This document shows, one piece after another, positions 50,789-61,886 of a stretch of DNA of 64,000 bases. A program made the translations under genes and the position numbers. The notes under the pieces are model-generated. The model was not told the DNA's origin and searched no databases. It worked only from the letters and a program-made list of their open reading frames with translations. The DNA lies in the NCBI GenBank assembly GCA_024405635.1, contig JAKSOL010000004.1, forward strand, positions 86,919 to 150,918, written 5' to 3'. Position 1 is the stretch's first letter; each line of letters begins with the position of its first letter. The DNA is from Salinivirgaceae bacterium (GTDB taxonomy: Bacteria > Bacteroidota > Bacteroidia > Bacteroidales > SZUA-534).

Positions 50789-52192
50789 ATGTCGCGAAAG
50801 AAGAATCAAAAAAACGTGTTCGAAAATATTGAGATAACCGACATTGCCGCAGAGGGAATGGCAATAGGACACTACGATGGTATGGTGGTTTTTGTACCAA
50901 TGGCTATACCTGGCGATGTGGTTGATGTTGAAGGGAAAATTAAACATAAGCGATACATTGAAGGTCATATTGCGCGTTTTGTTGAATATAGTAAAGACCG
51001 CGTAGAACCATTCTGTAAACATTTTGGAGCTTGTGGAGGTTGCAAATGGCAAATTTTGCCTTACGAAAAGCAAATCGCATACAAGCAAAAGCAAGTGGTT
51101 GATAACCTTACTCGCATTGGTAAGATTGATTTGCCCGAAGTGATGCCAATATTGGGTAGTGCTAAAACTCAAGAATATCGAAATAAACTAGAGTTTACAT
51201 TCTCGGTAAAACGATGGTTGACAAATGAGGAAATGGAAAATCCAGAAATTGAAACTCGTGGTGTTGGTTTCCATGTGTCAAACTTCTTCGACAAGGTTGT
51301 CGATGTGGAAAATTGCTACCTCATGTCAGAGCCTATAAACCAAATACGCAATGCGTTGCGCCAATTTGCGTTCGATAATAACCTTACATTTTACAATCAA
51401 CGCGAACATGTAGGCTTGTTGCGCAATGTGGTTGTGCGTAATTCAAACACAGGCGGACTGATGGTTATTATGATATTTGGCGAAGACGACGCACAAGGAA
51501 TTGAAAAGGTAATGTCGTTCCTTAAAGCACAGTTTCCTGCCATTACATCGTTGTTGTACATAGTTAATCAGAAATTAAACGACACATATACCGATTTGCC
51601 AGTTGAGTGCTACGCCGGCAACGATTATTTAATAGCCCAAATGAACAACTTGAAGTTTAAAGTGGGTCCTAAATCGTTTTACCAAACCAATACCGACCAA
51701 GCAATAAACCTTTATCAAGTGGCAAAAGACTTTGCTGAACTAAAAGGCGACGATGTGGTTTACGACTTATACACCGGAACAGGAACAATTGCGTGCTTTG
51801 TTGCCGATAAAGCTAGTCAAGTGGTTGGTATAGAGTATGTTGAGTCGGCAATAGTTGACGCAAAAGTAAATGCTGAGATGAATAAACTCAACAATTTGAA
51901 GTTCTTTGCAGGCGATATGAAAGATGTGTTGACCGACGAATTTATTGCAAAGCATGGAAAGCCAAACGTAATAATAACCGATCCTCCACGCTCAGGAATG
52001 CACCCCGATGTGGTTCAAACAATATTGCGCACAGCACCCGAACGAATAGTTTACGTAAGCTGTAATCCGGCAACTCAAGCACGCGACTTGGAAATGATGA
52101 AGGAATATTACACTGTTACTAAAGTTCAGCCAGTTGATATGTTTCCACACACCCATCACGTTGAAAACGTGGTGCAGCTGATAAGAAAATAG
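50789..52192 (+). CDS. rlmD: 23S rRNA (uracil1939-C5)-methyltransferase
   Basis: TRAM domain, CKHFGACGGC, YRNKLEFTF, SFYQTN, DPPRSG, YVSCNPATQARD, DMFPHTHHVE; TATATTTG promoter element at 50751. Confidence 0.95.
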   Translation: MSRKKNQKNVFENIEITDIAAEGMAIGHYDGMVVFVPMAIPGDVVDVEGKIKHKRYIEGHIARFVEYSKDRVEPFCKHFGACGGCKWQILPYEKQIAYKQKQVVDNLTRIGKIDLPEVMPILGSAKTQEYRNKLEFTFSVKRWLTNEEMENPEIETRGVGFHVSNFFDKVVDVENCYLMSEPINQIRNALRQFAFDNNLTFYNQREHVGLLRNVVVRNSNTGGLMVIMIFGEDDAQGIEKVMSFLKAQFPAITSLLYIVNQKLNDTYTDLPVECYAGNDYLIAQMNNLKFKVGPKSFYQTNTDQAINLYQVAKDFAELKGDDVVYDLYTGTGTIACFVADKASQVVGIEYVESAIVDAKVNAEMNKLNNLKFFAGDMKDVLTDEFIAKHGKPNVIITDPPRSGMHPDVVQTILRTAPERIVYVSCNPATQARDLEMMKEYYTVTKVQPVDMFPHTHHVENVVQLIRK

Positions 52193-52196
52193 CCCA

Positions 52197-52895
52197 ATGT
52201 CAGACATAGAAAAAAATACGCCTATAAAAGAATGGGCACGCGACGAACAACCTCGCGAAAAGTTAATTGACAAAGGGCCTGATGCCTTGTCTAATGCCGA
52301 ACTATTGGCAATACTCATATCAACGGGAACTACAAAATACAGTGCCATTGATTTAGGTCGAAAAATTATGCAACTGGCCGATAATAGTTTAGATGTGCTA
52401 GGTCGGTTGTCGGTTAAAGATTTGATGAAGATTAATGGAATAGGCGAGGCCAAAGCAGTGACTATTGTTACAGCAATGGAATTAGGTCGAAGAAGGCTTA
52501 AAGATGGAGTGCCAGCTGCTGAAATATTTAATGCTCCAGAAAAAATAGCGGCACTAATGGCCCCAAGGTTAGCAGACCTAACACAAGAAGAATTTCATGT
52601 GTTGTACCTAAAACAAAATTTGCAACTGATAAAGGAAGAAACAATTTGTACTGGAGGTTTAACAAGTACCATGGTTGACATACGGCTGGTTATGCGTCAT
52701 GCACTCGAAAATTTGGCCGTAGCAATGATTTTGGTGCACAACCATCCGTTAGGAAATCCAAAACCAAGCGAGGCAGATAAACAACTGACTAGTCGCATAA
52801 AAGAAGCATCAGCAATGCTTGACATAAAAGTAATTGATCATGTAATAGTGGCAGGACATAAGGTATTTAGTTTTAGCGAAGAAGGTTTGTTGTGA
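52197..52895 (+). CDS. radC: RadC/JAB-domain protein
   Basis: PREKL..G..ALS.AELLAIL, GIGEAKA, HNHP.G...PS..D, DHVIV. Confidence 0.93.
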   Translation: MSDIEKNTPIKEWARDEQPREKLIDKGPDALSNAELLAILISTGTTKYSAIDLGRKIMQLADNSLDVLGRLSVKDLMKINGIGEAKAVTIVTAMELGRRRLKDGVPAAEIFNAPEKIAALMAPRLADLTQEEFHVLYLKQNLQLIKEETICTGGLTSTMVDIRLVMRHALENLAVAMILVHNHPLGNPKPSEADKQLTSRIKEASAMLDIKVIDHVIVAGHKVFSFSEEGLL

Positions 52896-52966
52896 GCAAA
52901 AAAACAGGTTGTTTTTTCTGCTACCCTGAATAACTTTGCCAATCAAAAAAATCAATAAACATAAAA

Positions 52967-53632
52967 ATGGAAGCAAAAGTAGCACCATCGTTGTTGTCGG
53001 CTGATTTTGGCAATTTGGCGCGCGATGTTGAAATTGTAAACAATAGTTTAGCCGATTATATCCACGTTGACATTATGGACGGCGTGTTTGTTCCAAACAT
53101 TTCAATAGGATTTCCTGTAATGTCGGCGATTAAAAAAGCAGCACGCAAGCCACTTGACGTACATCTTATGATTTCAAATCCCGATGCCTATATCGATCGT
53201 TTTTGTGAAGCAGGTGCCGATATACTTACAGTCCACTACGAAGCATGCACACATTTGCATCGCACAATTGAGCACATTAAGTGCTTCGGGAAAAAAGTTG
53301 GAGTAGCAATTAATCCACACACACCAGTTGAGGTGCTTACCGATATTATAGCCGACATTGATTTAGTGCTGATTATGACTGTTAATCCTGGGTTTGGAGG
53401 GCAATCATTTATCGAGCATTCATATAATAAACTCAACCGTTTACGCGAAATGATTGAAAAACAAGGAGCCAATGTTATGGTTGAGGTTGATGGAGGCGTA
53501 TCGTTAAAAAATGCAGCAAAATTGGTTGAACACGGAGTAGATATTTTGGTGGCTGGTAACTCGGTTTTTGGTTGCGTTAATTCAACCGAGGCTATCGAAA
53601 ATTTGAAAAAACTCAACGACGGAGCGAAATAG
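52967..53632 (+). CDS. rpe: Ribulose-phosphate 3-epimerase
   Basis: APSLLSADF, HVDIMDGVFVPN, MTVNPGFGGQ, VDGG. Confidence 0.97.
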   Translation: MEAKVAPSLLSADFGNLARDVEIVNNSLADYIHVDIMDGVFVPNISIGFPVMSAIKKAARKPLDVHLMISNPDAYIDRFCEAGADILTVHYEACTHLHRTIEHIKCFGKKVGVAINPHTPVEVLTDIIADIDLVLIMTVNPGFGGQSFIEHSYNKLNRLREMIEKQGANVMVEVDGGVSLKNAAKLVEHGVDILVAGNSVFGCVNSTEAIENLKKLNDGAK

Positions 53633-53798
53633 TTTCGTTGTAAGTAACTGATTTTTGGAAACAAAACAGCGTAATGTTGCCGCGCACAAAAAAGACGGTC
53701 GCAATCGTCAAACAAAATCATTTGTTTACCAAAATGAAGTATAGTAACAGACAAAAATTTATAAATAACTATATATTTGTAGAACCAATAATAGTGTT

Positions 53799-54596
53799 AT
53801 GAATAAATATGTACTAATAGCATTGGGAGCCATGGTGATGGCTTCGTGCTCAAATTCGTCAAACAACAATAAGGCTAAACAACAATTAGAAGAAGTATCG
53901 GTATCGCAAATTGTTGAAGATATTAATAGCATCCCAGCTCCAAACTCTTTGGAGTTGATGGATATGATAAACAAATCGGGTGCTGCTTATTTGCTAGATG
54001 CAACCAATAGTATTGAAAATATTGAGAATTACTTGAGTACAAAATCAAAGGCATTGAACCTTGGTGTTTATGCTGCCGATTTGTGCTACAATGTTGCATA
54101 TAACAAACAGGCTGAAGTTGAACTTTACTTAAAGAACTTGCTTGTTATTGTGAGCGACCTTAACATTAGCATCAATGCCGAAAAAATATCTGATAGCTTT
54201 AAAGATAACAGCAGCGATTTTGCAACTCTTTCAAAATTGACAACCGATATGCTTGAAGAGTCGCAATATATTTTGAATCAAACTGATCAAACTGAAATTG
54301 CGCTAATGTTCTTAATTGGTAGTTGGGTTGAAACTGCAAGCGTTTGCTTGTCGGTTGTTGAAAATTCACAAAATCCAGCAGCTGCAATGGATATGGTTAA
54401 AAATCATTTTGACTACATTGACAACATTATTAAATACTTAGATTTGAAAAAAGAAAGCAGCGAGTTTGCTGACTTTATCGAGTCGTTTGCTTCAATAAAA
54501 GTAAAATACGAGGCATTTAAGGCAGATTCGTCAAATGCTGATGCAACAGCAGCTTTGACTGAAGAGGTTGCAAATCTTCGTTCGTCGATTATTTAA
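53799..54596 (+). CDS. Hypothetical alpha-helical lipoprotein
   Basis: Lipobox MASC; KALNLGVYAADL, GSWVE; own TATATTTG promoter element and terminator. Confidence 0.7.
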   Translation: MNKYVLIALGAMVMASCSNSSNNNKAKQQLEEVSVSQIVEDINSIPAPNSLELMDMINKSGAAYLLDATNSIENIENYLSTKSKALNLGVYAADLCYNVAYNKQAEVELYLKNLLVIVSDLNISINAEKISDSFKDNSSDFATLSKLTTDMLEESQYILNQTDQTEIALMFLIGSWVETASVCLSVVENSQNPAAAMDMVKNHFDYIDNIIKYLDLKKESSEFADFIESFASIKVKYEAFKADSSNADATAALTEEVANLRSSII

Positions 54597-54619
54597 GAAA
54601 ACATTTAGTTTTAAGATAT

Positions 54620-54657
54620 AAAAACGCTGGGAGTATTGTTCTCTCAGCGTTTTTTTT
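54620..54657 (+). terminator. Intrinsic terminator
   Basis: AAAAACGCTGGGAG...CTCTCAGCGTTTTTTTT. Confidence 0.85.
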
Positions 54658-54810
54658 GTGTGTTGTTTTCAGTAATAAGTATAAAACTTGCTTAAGCAGT
54701 AGAAATCTGAATTTTGGTATATTATAGAGTGAGAAAAAACGAGAATAACGAAAAAATGTCAGTATTTAAGGTTTAAAAATGTAATTTTGTCACACCAAAG
54801 TTTTTAGACA

Positions 54811-56085
54811 ATGGATATTCAACAAATACAGCAAGTAAAGCAACGGTTTAATTTGATTGGTAACAATGCCGAATTGAACCGAGCAATAGATATAGCTATT
54901 CAAGTGGCGGCAACCGATTTAACGGTTTTGGTTACAGGAGAGAGTGGTACGGGTAAAGAAACAGTTCCAAAAATTATTCATCAGTTTAGCTCCCGAAAGC
55001 ATGGTGAGTACATTGCAGTGAACTGCGGAGCAATTCCAGAGGGAACAATAGATTCGGAATTGTTTGGTCATGAAAAAGGCGCATTTACAGGAGCACACGA
55101 GGCCCGAAAAGGCTATTTTGAAGTGGCAAACAACGGAACAATTTTTCTTGATGAGGTGGCTGAATTGCCATTATCAACACAAGTGCGTTTGTTGCGCGTG
55201 CTTGAAACAGGTGAATTTATTCGTGTGGGCTCGTCAAAAGTATTGAAAACCAATGTGCGAGTTGTGGCTGCCACAAATGTTAATTTGCCATTGGCTATTG
55301 AGCAAGGTAAGTTCCGCGAGGACTTGTATTATCGTTTAAATACTGTTCCTGTTAAATTGCCGCCATTGCGAGAACGTAGCGAAGATATTTATCTCTTGTT
55401 TCGCAAATTTGCCGCCGACTTTGCCGATAATTGGCATGTGCCGGTTATTACACTTACTCCAGATGCGAGAAATGTGCTCGAAAAATTCCGTTGGCCAGGT
55501 AACATACGCCAGTTAAAAAATGTGACCGAGCAGATATCGATAATAGAAGAGAGCCGAGAGATAAATGCTCAAACAATGATGAAGTATTTGCCAATGACTG
55601 AAAGCGGGCATTTACCTACAATAATGTCGCATCAAACTGAAGATCAGTCGTTTTCGTCGGAAAGAGAAATTTTGTATAAAGTTCTTTTTGATATGAAGAA
55701 CGACATGAACGACTTAAAGAAACTTGTTCATGATTTGATGCTTAACAAGGCCGATAGTCAACAACTTATTAAAGATAATGCTCGGGTTTTTCAGAATATT
55801 TACCCATCGCATCAAACTTCGGATATTTCGGTTGACGAATCTATGCAAAGCGATACTAATACTCCAATAATTATCAGTCAGCCAACACATAAAACCAATC
55901 ATGGGCATATTCAAGATACCGATGAATTTGTTGAGGAGTCGTTGTCGCTTGAAGATAAAAATGTGGAGATGATTCGTAAAGCTCTTGAAAAATATAATGG
56001 TAAGCGCAAATATGCAGCGCAAGAGTTGGGTATTTCGGAGCGCACACTTTATAGAAAGATTAACCAATACAACTTGGACAAATGA
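54811..56085 (+). CDS. Sigma-54-interacting AAA+ regulator with Fis HTH (no receiver domain)
   Basis: GESGTGKE, ELFGHEKGAFTGA, FLDEV, WPGNIRQL, LGISERTLYRK. Confidence 0.93.
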   Translation: MDIQQIQQVKQRFNLIGNNAELNRAIDIAIQVAATDLTVLVTGESGTGKETVPKIIHQFSSRKHGEYIAVNCGAIPEGTIDSELFGHEKGAFTGAHEARKGYFEVANNGTIFLDEVAELPLSTQVRLLRVLETGEFIRVGSSKVLKTNVRVVAATNVNLPLAIEQGKFREDLYYRLNTVPVKLPPLRERSEDIYLLFRKFAADFADNWHVPVITLTPDARNVLEKFRWPGNIRQLKNVTEQISIIEESREINAQTMMKYLPMTESGHLPTIMSHQTEDQSFSSEREILYKVLFDMKNDMNDLKKLVHDLMLNKADSQQLIKDNARVFQNIYPSHQTSDISVDESMQSDTNTPIIISQPTHKTNHGHIQDTDEFVEESLSLEDKNVEMIRKALEKYNGKRKYAAQELGISERTLYRKINQYNLDK

Positions 56086-56594
56086 AAGTTAAGCAGTTGA
56101 TAATGTGTTTGGCATTGGCCTTGGTATCGGTATCGTGTACTATAAAATATTCGTTTACAGGAGCATCAATACCAGTAGATGCAAAAACCTTTGCAGTTGA
56201 AGATTTTAAGAATATGGCTCCGCTAATTAACCCCGATTTGGCAAATGAATTGTCGGAGGCATTGCGAGAGAAATTGCTGAAACAAACATCGCTCAAACAA
56301 GCTAGAGATTATAATTCGGGCGATTTGCGTTTTTCGGGTACTATTACGAACTATATGACAGCGCCTACGGCTATTAAATCCGATGATGTCGCTTCGTTAA
56401 ACCGTTTAACAATTGTTATAACTGTAACTTTTGAGAACGATAAGGACCCAAAATCGAATTATAAGTCGGGTTTTTCGCGATATGCTGATTATAATAGCGA
56501 AAATAGTTTGTCGGATGTAGAATCGACTTTAACAGCCGAGATTGTTGAGCAACTTGTTGACGACATCTTTAGTAAGGCAGTAGTTAACTGGTAG
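56082..56594 (+). CDS. lptE: LPS assembly lipoprotein LptE family
   Basis: Lipobox VSC, YSFTGASI, C-terminal DIFSKAVVNW; Bacteroidota synteny. Confidence 0.82.
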   Translation: MKVKQLIMCLALALVSVSCTIKYSFTGASIPVDAKTFAVEDFKNMAPLINPDLANELSEALREKLLKQTSLKQARDYNSGDLRFSGTITNYMTAPTAIKSDDVASLNRLTIVITVTFENDKDPKSNYKSGFSRYADYNSENSLSDVESTLTAEIVEQLVDDIFSKAVVNW

Positions 56595-56602
56595 TAAGTA
56601 AA

Positions 56603-57286
56603 ATGAAGCGCGACGATATATTGCGATATATTGATTATCCTGAAACGCTTGATGCGCGCTCGGCTGAGCAACTTGAGGTTTTGCTTGGCGAATGCCCGTT
56701 TTTTCAATCAGCAAGGTTGCTTCATATAAAAAATTTAAAGAACCAGACTAGCATAAACTACTTGCGAAATTTGCGCAAGGCGGCCATTTATGTAACCGAC
56801 CGAAAAAAACTGTTTTATTTGCTAGATGAAAGGTCGCTTTTTCGTAGTACAAAAAGCAGTCAAGATCAATTGGCGGAACTTGAGACGTTTGATTTTGCCG
56901 ATTTAGAGCAACTTACCGACTTTGGTGAACTTGACCAAATTCGTGATATGTACGAGAGCGAATCGTATTCGTTAGAAGCAAACGAAATTGGTGCTGCTGA
57001 AAATGACGATGAAATGGATAGCTTGCTAAGTGCTGTGGGGGCATTTGAGCGTCGATCGTTGGAGGTGAAACAACAGCCGCAAGAGGAAATTAAAATTGAC
57101 GTTGAGGATAGGTCATCAGATATGTCAAGCGACTTGATGTCAGAAACTTTGGCTCAAATTTATGTTAAGCAAAAACATTATGACAAGGCTATTGCTATGT
57201 ACGAGAAATTAAGTTTGAAATATCCAGAAAAAAGTACTTATTTCGCGACTCAAATAAAATCAATAGAAGAAATTATAAATAGTTAA
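56603..57286 (+). CDS. Tetratricopeptide-repeat protein
   Basis: PFFQSARLL; SETLAQIYVKQKHYDKAI..YEKLSLKYPEKSTYFA. Confidence 0.8.
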   Translation: MKRDDILRYIDYPETLDARSAEQLEVLLGECPFFQSARLLHIKNLKNQTSINYLRNLRKAAIYVTDRKKLFYLLDERSLFRSTKSSQDQLAELETFDFADLEQLTDFGELDQIRDMYESESYSLEANEIGAAENDDEMDSLLSAVGAFERRSLEVKQQPQEEIKIDVEDRSSDMSSDLMSETLAQIYVKQKHYDKAIAMYEKLSLKYPEKSTYFATQIKSIEEIINS

Positions 57287-57290
57287 TACA

Positions 57291-57611
57291 ATGTTTACAC
57301 TTATTACAGTTTTAATTTGTGTTGTTTGCGTCTTTATGATTCTTATTGTATTGGTGCAAAACTCAAAAGGTGGAGGCTTGGCTTCAAACTTTGCAAGTTC
57401 AAACCAAGTATTGGGAGTTCGCAAGACAACTGACTTTTTGGAAAAAGCAACTTGGACTTTGGCAGGTACCTTGTTGGTACTTTGCATTTTAGCTTCAGCG
57501 TTTATTCCACGCGACGAAGTTGAAACAACAACCAGCAAAATTCAACAACAAGTTGATGAGTTGCCAGATCCATTCCAAGTACCTGAATCTACTGCTCCTG
57601 TAGCAGAATAA
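57291..57611 (+). CDS. secG: Preprotein translocase subunit SecG
   Basis: VLVQNSKGGGL, GVRKTTDFLEKATW. Confidence 0.95.
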   Translation: MFTLITVLICVVCVFMILIVLVQNSKGGGLASNFASSNQVLGVRKTTDFLEKATWTLAGTLLVLCILASAFIPRDEVETTTSKIQQQVDELPDPFQVPESTAPVAE

Positions 57612-57629
57612 TTGATTTTGAAAACCCAT

Positions 57630-57665
57630 AAAAGAGCCAATCTGAACTTTCAGGTTGGCTCTTTT
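57630..57665 (+). terminator. Intrinsic terminator
   Basis: AAAAGAGCCAATCTGA ACTT TCAGGTTGGCTCTTTT. Confidence 0.8.
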
Positions 57666-57680
57666 GTTTTGCGTTAAATT

Positions 57681-58379
57681 ATGGCTTATACTGATATTTT
57701 GATTGATTTTGACGATACAATCTTCGATACACATGGTAATGCAATTATTTCGTTAGGCGAGGTGTTTGAACACTTTAACCTTGGTCGATATTTTGATAAG
57801 GTTGAAGATTTTACTATCCCATATTGGAAAACTAACGTTGAATTGTGGAACTTGTATAGTCATGGTAAAATTGAACGCCCAGTGCTTATGGTTGAGCGAT
57901 TTAGGCGCCCACTTGCTTTGGGGAAAGGACTAAGCCCAAGTAAAGAGTATTGCCTTGAGGTGAGTGATTATTTTCTCGACCGTTGTGGTGAAAAATCGGG
58001 GTTGATTGCTGGTGCTCGTCAGTTGCTTGAATATTTACAGCAAAAATATCGCCTACATGTGGCAAGTAATGGGTTCCACGAGGTGCAATACAAAAAGATG
58101 CGAAGTGCCAAAGTTGAACAATTTTTTACAAGTGTTATTTTATCGGAGGATGCAGGGGCAAACAAACCTAGTACTGAGTATTTTGACTATGCATTGGCAA
58201 AAATTGGCGCATTGCGTCAGCAAACTATAATGATAGGCGATACATTTTCAACCGACATTATGGGTGCTATGAATTATGGTATTGACCAAATTTTTTTGAA
58301 TCATAATGCCGATTTTATATTGCCAGTAAAACCAACGCATGAGGTAAAAAGTTTGCTTGAAATTATGAGAATCTTGTAA
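57681..58379 (+). CDS. YjjG-family HAD pyrimidine nucleotidase
   Basis: DFDDTIFD, SNGFHEVQ, KP, MIGD...DIMGA. Confidence 0.88.
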   Translation: MAYTDILIDFDDTIFDTHGNAIISLGEVFEHFNLGRYFDKVEDFTIPYWKTNVELWNLYSHGKIERPVLMVERFRRPLALGKGLSPSKEYCLEVSDYFLDRCGEKSGLIAGARQLLEYLQQKYRLHVASNGFHEVQYKKMRSAKVEQFFTSVILSEDAGANKPSTEYFDYALAKIGALRQQTIMIGDTFSTDIMGAMNYGIDQIFLNHNADFILPVKPTHEVKSLLEIMRIL

Positions 58380-58405
58380 CTTTCTTTTAAAAAGTATATA
58401 AGTAT

Positions 58406-58444
58406 AAAAAAGGCTGATAATCAATTTTGACTATCAGCTTTTTT
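58406..58444. terminator. Bidirectional terminator between convergent genes
   Basis: AAAAAAGGCTGATAATCAA TT TTGACTATCAGCTTTTTT. Confidence 0.8.
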
Positions 58445-58467
58445 GGCTTTAAATAAAAGTTTGTGTA

Positions 58468-59754
58468 TTAATTATTTAAAGGTTTGTGCTTAAAAGTTTT
58501 AGTGCCGTTTGCATAGTCGGCAACTATGTGTCCGTTGCCTTTTAATCTCCATTTGTAACTTTGCAAACCGTCGAGGCCAACAGGACCGCGAGCGTGTATT
58601 TTGCTAGTTGAAATGCCAACTTCAGCGCCTAATCCGTAGCGGAAACCATCGGCAAAGCGGGTGCTGCAGTTCCACATAACACTACCGCTATCGCAAAGGT
58701 CCATAAAACGTTGGGCGGCATTTGCATCTGCAGTAATAATCGATTCGGTGTGGCGTGAGCTGTATTTGTTAATGTGAGCAATGGCTTCGTCAATCGAGTC
58801 AACTAGCTTAATTGAAACTTTGTAGTCAAGATATTCGGTTTTCCATGTGGTGTCGGTAGCTGGGGTTACATCTGGAATGATTGCGGCAACACGCTCGCAA
58901 CCAAATATTTCAACGTTGTGTTTGTCGAGCTCGGCTTTCAGTTTTGGTAAAAATACTTTTGCAACGTTGGAGTGAACTAACATGGTTTCGGTAGCATTGC
59001 AAACCGATACGTATTGGCATTTAGCATCAACAGCAACTTTAACGGCCATATCGATGTCGGCAGCACTATCGATGTAAAGGTGGCAAATGCCATCGGCGTG
59101 ACCAAGTACGGCAATGCTGCTATTTTGCATAATGTATTGAACAAAAGCATTTGAACCGCGAGGGATGATTAGGTCAATGTATTGGTCGAGTTTTAGCATT
59201 GCGTTAACGTCTTCGCGGGTTTCAAGCAACTGAATCCATCCCTCTGGCATTCCAGCGGCAATGGTGGCTTCTGCAATTACTTTGGTAAGTACGCGGTTGG
59301 TTTCAATAGCTTCGCGGCCGCCTTTAAGCAATACTGCGTTGCCACTTTTAAGGCATAGCGACGAAATTTGCACAAGGGCATCGGGGCGCGATTCAAATAT
59401 CATTCCAATTACACCTATTGGGCAACTTACGCGGCGTAATTCAAGTCCATCGTCGAGTAGGGTGGCTTGTTGTACGTGGCCTACAGGGTCGGCTAATAGT
59501 TCAAGGCTTGCTATGCCGTCAACTACCGATTGCAACTTGCTTTCGTCGAATTTTAAGCGTTTTAGCATTGGGGCATCAAGGTTCTCGCTTTGGCTGCGAG
59601 CAATGTCGGCATGGTTGGCTTCAAAAATGGCAGCAGCATTGTTGGTTAATGCTTTTGCCATTGCTTGCAAAGCTTGGTTCTTTATGTCGCTTGAAATGGC
59701 CGCCATTTGTAGTGATGCGGTCTTGGCTTTTTGTGCGGTTTCAATAATATTCAT
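58468..59754 (-). CDS. proA: Gamma-glutamyl phosphate reductase
   Basis: PIGVIGMIFESRP, LKSGNAVLLKGG, IIPRG, CNATET, STRFADG..GLGAEVGIST.K.HARGPVGL. Confidence 0.97.
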   Translation of the reverse strand: MNIIETAQKAKTASLQMAAISSDIKNQALQAMAKALTNNAAAIFEANHADIARSQSENLDAPMLKRLKFDESKLQSVVDGIASLELLADPVGHVQQATLLDDGLELRRVSCPIGVIGMIFESRPDALVQISSLCLKSGNAVLLKGGREAIETNRVLTKVIAEATIAAGMPEGWIQLLETREDVNAMLKLDQYIDLIIPRGSNAFVQYIMQNSSIAVLGHADGICHLYIDSAADIDMAVKVAVDAKCQYVSVCNATETMLVHSNVAKVFLPKLKAELDKHNVEIFGCERVAAIIPDVTPATDTTWKTEYLDYKVSIKLVDSIDEAIAHINKYSSRHTESIITADANAAQRFMDLCDSGSVMWNCSTRFADGFRYGLGAEVGISTSKIHARGPVGLDGLQSYKWRLKGNGHIVADYANGTKTFKHKPLNN

Positions 59755-59772
59755 AGTGTATTGTGTTTCAAT

Positions 59773-60540
59773 TTATAGCCCCGTTTTTGGAACGTAGCCT
59801 TCATATTCTTCTTCAACTTTGAAATGGTAAAAGTTCCAAAGCAAGGTGAATGATAAGCTTGTTTCTTGAAGGCGCGAGGCTTGAATGATATCAGGTTGAC
59901 TGCGTTTTACGTTCTTTTTTAAGAAATTCTGACCGCCAGCTACTTGTAGGTCATAACGGCCATCGATTAAAATCGAGATGCTTTTGCCAAAGTTGTAGCG
60001 TATGCCCCAGCCAAGTTTGTTTCCAAAGTCGAAATCGCGCACTGGACGACTGTAGTGGTTGTAACGCGAAAAACGGATGAATGAGGCTTCAAAGTTTTGA
60101 CTTTCAGTGTTGTCGGCTATTTTGTATCCCACGTAGGGGCCAACGTATCCAATAAGGCGCAAGCTGCCTTTGCCCAATTCAAAATGGGCAAACATTGGAA
60201 CTTCGATGTAGGTTAATGTGCGAGTGAATTTTGAGCCTTCAACTTTTTCGTCACGTTCGGTCCAACCTTTTTTCATGTAGTTGCATTCGAACTGAATGCC
60301 GCAATTGTTTAGGTTGTTAAGTAGTAGCACCGCGCCAAAGTTGCTGTTGTATAGTGGGCGTTGCAGTTGGTTTAGCGCGTGGGGCTCAAAGTTTGCTCCA
60401 AATTTGCCGTATCCTACGCGTGCGCCTATTGAAATTTGGGCAGAGAGAGTAATTGGTATAAATAGCAAAAACGTTAGAAGGAATCGAGTTGCGATTCTTC
60501 TAACGCATTTATAATTAATAGTTTTGAAGAAATTAATCAT
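59773..60540 (-). CDS. PorT-like outer membrane beta-barrel protein
   Basis: Likely start MINFF overlapping the recA stop; [25 protein letters not shown]. Confidence 0.7.
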   Translation of the reverse strand: MINFFKTINYKCVRRIATRFLLTFLLFIPITLSAQISIGARVGYGKFGANFEPHALNQLQRPLYNSNFGAVLLLNNLNNCGIQFECNYMKKGWTERDEKVEGSKFTRTLTYIEVPMFAHFELGKGSLRLIGYVGPYVGYKIADNTESQNFEASFIRFSRYNHYSRPVRDFDFGNKLGWGIRYNFGKSISILIDGRYDLQVAGGQNFLKKNVKRSQPDIIQASRLQETSLSFTLLWNFYHFKVEEEYEGYVPKTGL

Positions 60541-61573
60541 CGCTTCCGCCAACCAAAGCTTCACCAGCCGATACTTTTTCAACAATTTTGGTTTCAATCT
60601 CTTTTGCCAATTCGGCATTGTCGCGTAATAATTGGCATACGTTGTCGCGCCCTTGACCTATTTTGTTGCCATTGTAGCTAAACCACGAGCCGGCTTTTTG
60701 AATAATATCAAGTTCAACCCCCATGTCAACTATTTCTGCAACTTTTGATATGCCTTCGCCATACATAATGTCGAATTCGGCTTTGCGGAAAGGTGCAGCA
60801 AGTTTGTTTTTTACCACTTTGGCTTTTACGTGGTTACCAGTAATCTCGTCGCCATCTTTAACTTGGGTAGAGCGGCGAATATCGATGCGGATTGAGGCGT
60901 AGAATTTAAGAGCATTACCGCCAGTGGTTGTTTCAGGGTTGCCAAACATTACGCCAATTTTTTCGCGTAATTGGTTAATGAAGATGCAGCAAGTTTTGGT
61001 TTTGTTAATGCTACCAGTGAGTTTGCGAAGGGCTTGCGACATTAGTCGAGCTTGTAAACCAACTTTGTTGTCGCCCATGTCGCCTTCAATTTCGGCTTTT
61101 GGTGTAAGTGCAGCAACCGAGTCGATGACAATAATGTCAATTGCACCTGAACGGATAAGGTGGTCGGCTATCTCAAGAGCTTGCTCTCCATTGTCGGGTT
61201 GCGAGATTAGCAAGTTTTTAATATCAACGCCAAGTTTTTCGGCATAAAAACGATCAAATGCATGCTCAGCATCAATAAATGCAGCTATGCCGCCAGCTTT
61301 TTGTGCTTCGGCAATGGCATGAATGGCCAAGGTTGTTTTACCCGACGATTCGGGACCGTAAATCTCAATGATACGTCCGCGAGGGTAACCACCAATGCCT
61401 AGTGCAAGATCAAGGCCCAGCGAGCCCGAAGGTATTACTGGTACGTCATCAATTGCGTGGTCGTCGCCCATTCGCATAATTGAGCCTTTGCCAAAACTTT
61501 TTTCAATTTTATCAATGGTTAGCTGTAGAGCCTTGAGTTTCTCTGCTGCCAAATCTGCTTGTTCTTTTGCCAT
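60533..61573 (-). CDS. recA: Recombinase A
   Basis: [40 protein letters not shown]; start moved to MAKEQ at 61573. Confidence 0.99.
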   Translation of the reverse strand: MAKEQADLAAEKLKALQLTIDKIEKSFGKGSIMRMGDDHAIDDVPVIPSGSLGLDLALGIGGYPRGRIIEIYGPESSGKTTLAIHAIAEAQKAGGIAAFIDAEHAFDRFYAEKLGVDIKNLLISQPDNGEQALEIADHLIRSGAIDIIVIDSVAALTPKAEIEGDMGDNKVGLQARLMSQALRKLTGSINKTKTCCIFINQLREKIGVMFGNPETTTGGNALKFYASIRIDIRRSTQVKDGDEITGNHVKAKVVKNKLAAPFRKAEFDIMYGEGISKVAEIVDMGVELDIIQKAGSWFSYNGNKIGQGRDNVCQLLRDNAELAKEIETKIVEKVSAGEALVGGSDD

Positions 61574-61824
61574 AGTGTCTGTTTTATTGTTTTTTATGAA
61601 TGCAGCCAAAGATAAAAGGTTTTGATGTTGTAACTGCTATTGTTGAAAAAGATTGTGGAATAGTAAATATTAAGATTGTATTTTTTTCTGTTAGCTTTCG
61701 GTTTATTTGGTAAAGTTAGTCTATATGCCATAATGTATTATTTTCTCTTTGCCAACCGTGCTTTCTCGTTGTTGCTTTTATGACAAATCTCCTCAAATCT
61801 TGCATCCCAAACAATCTATTTTGA

Positions 61825-61832
61825 TATATTTG
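61825..61832 (+). promoter_or_regulatory. Bacteroidota sigma-A -7 element (TATATTTG)
   Basis: Matches TAnnTTTG upstream of the leader ORF and lipoprotein pair. Confidence 0.55.
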
Positions 61833-61886
61833 CAAAGTACTTTTAGTATTTATCAAAGACTTTTATAGGATATTAAACGCAAATAC

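Noticed and set aside
59261-59797. Long antisense ORFs (e.g. 178 aa over proA, 172 aa over rpe, 153 aa over rlmD/radC)
   Set aside because: Opposite-strand shadows of conserved genes, with no motifs of their own.
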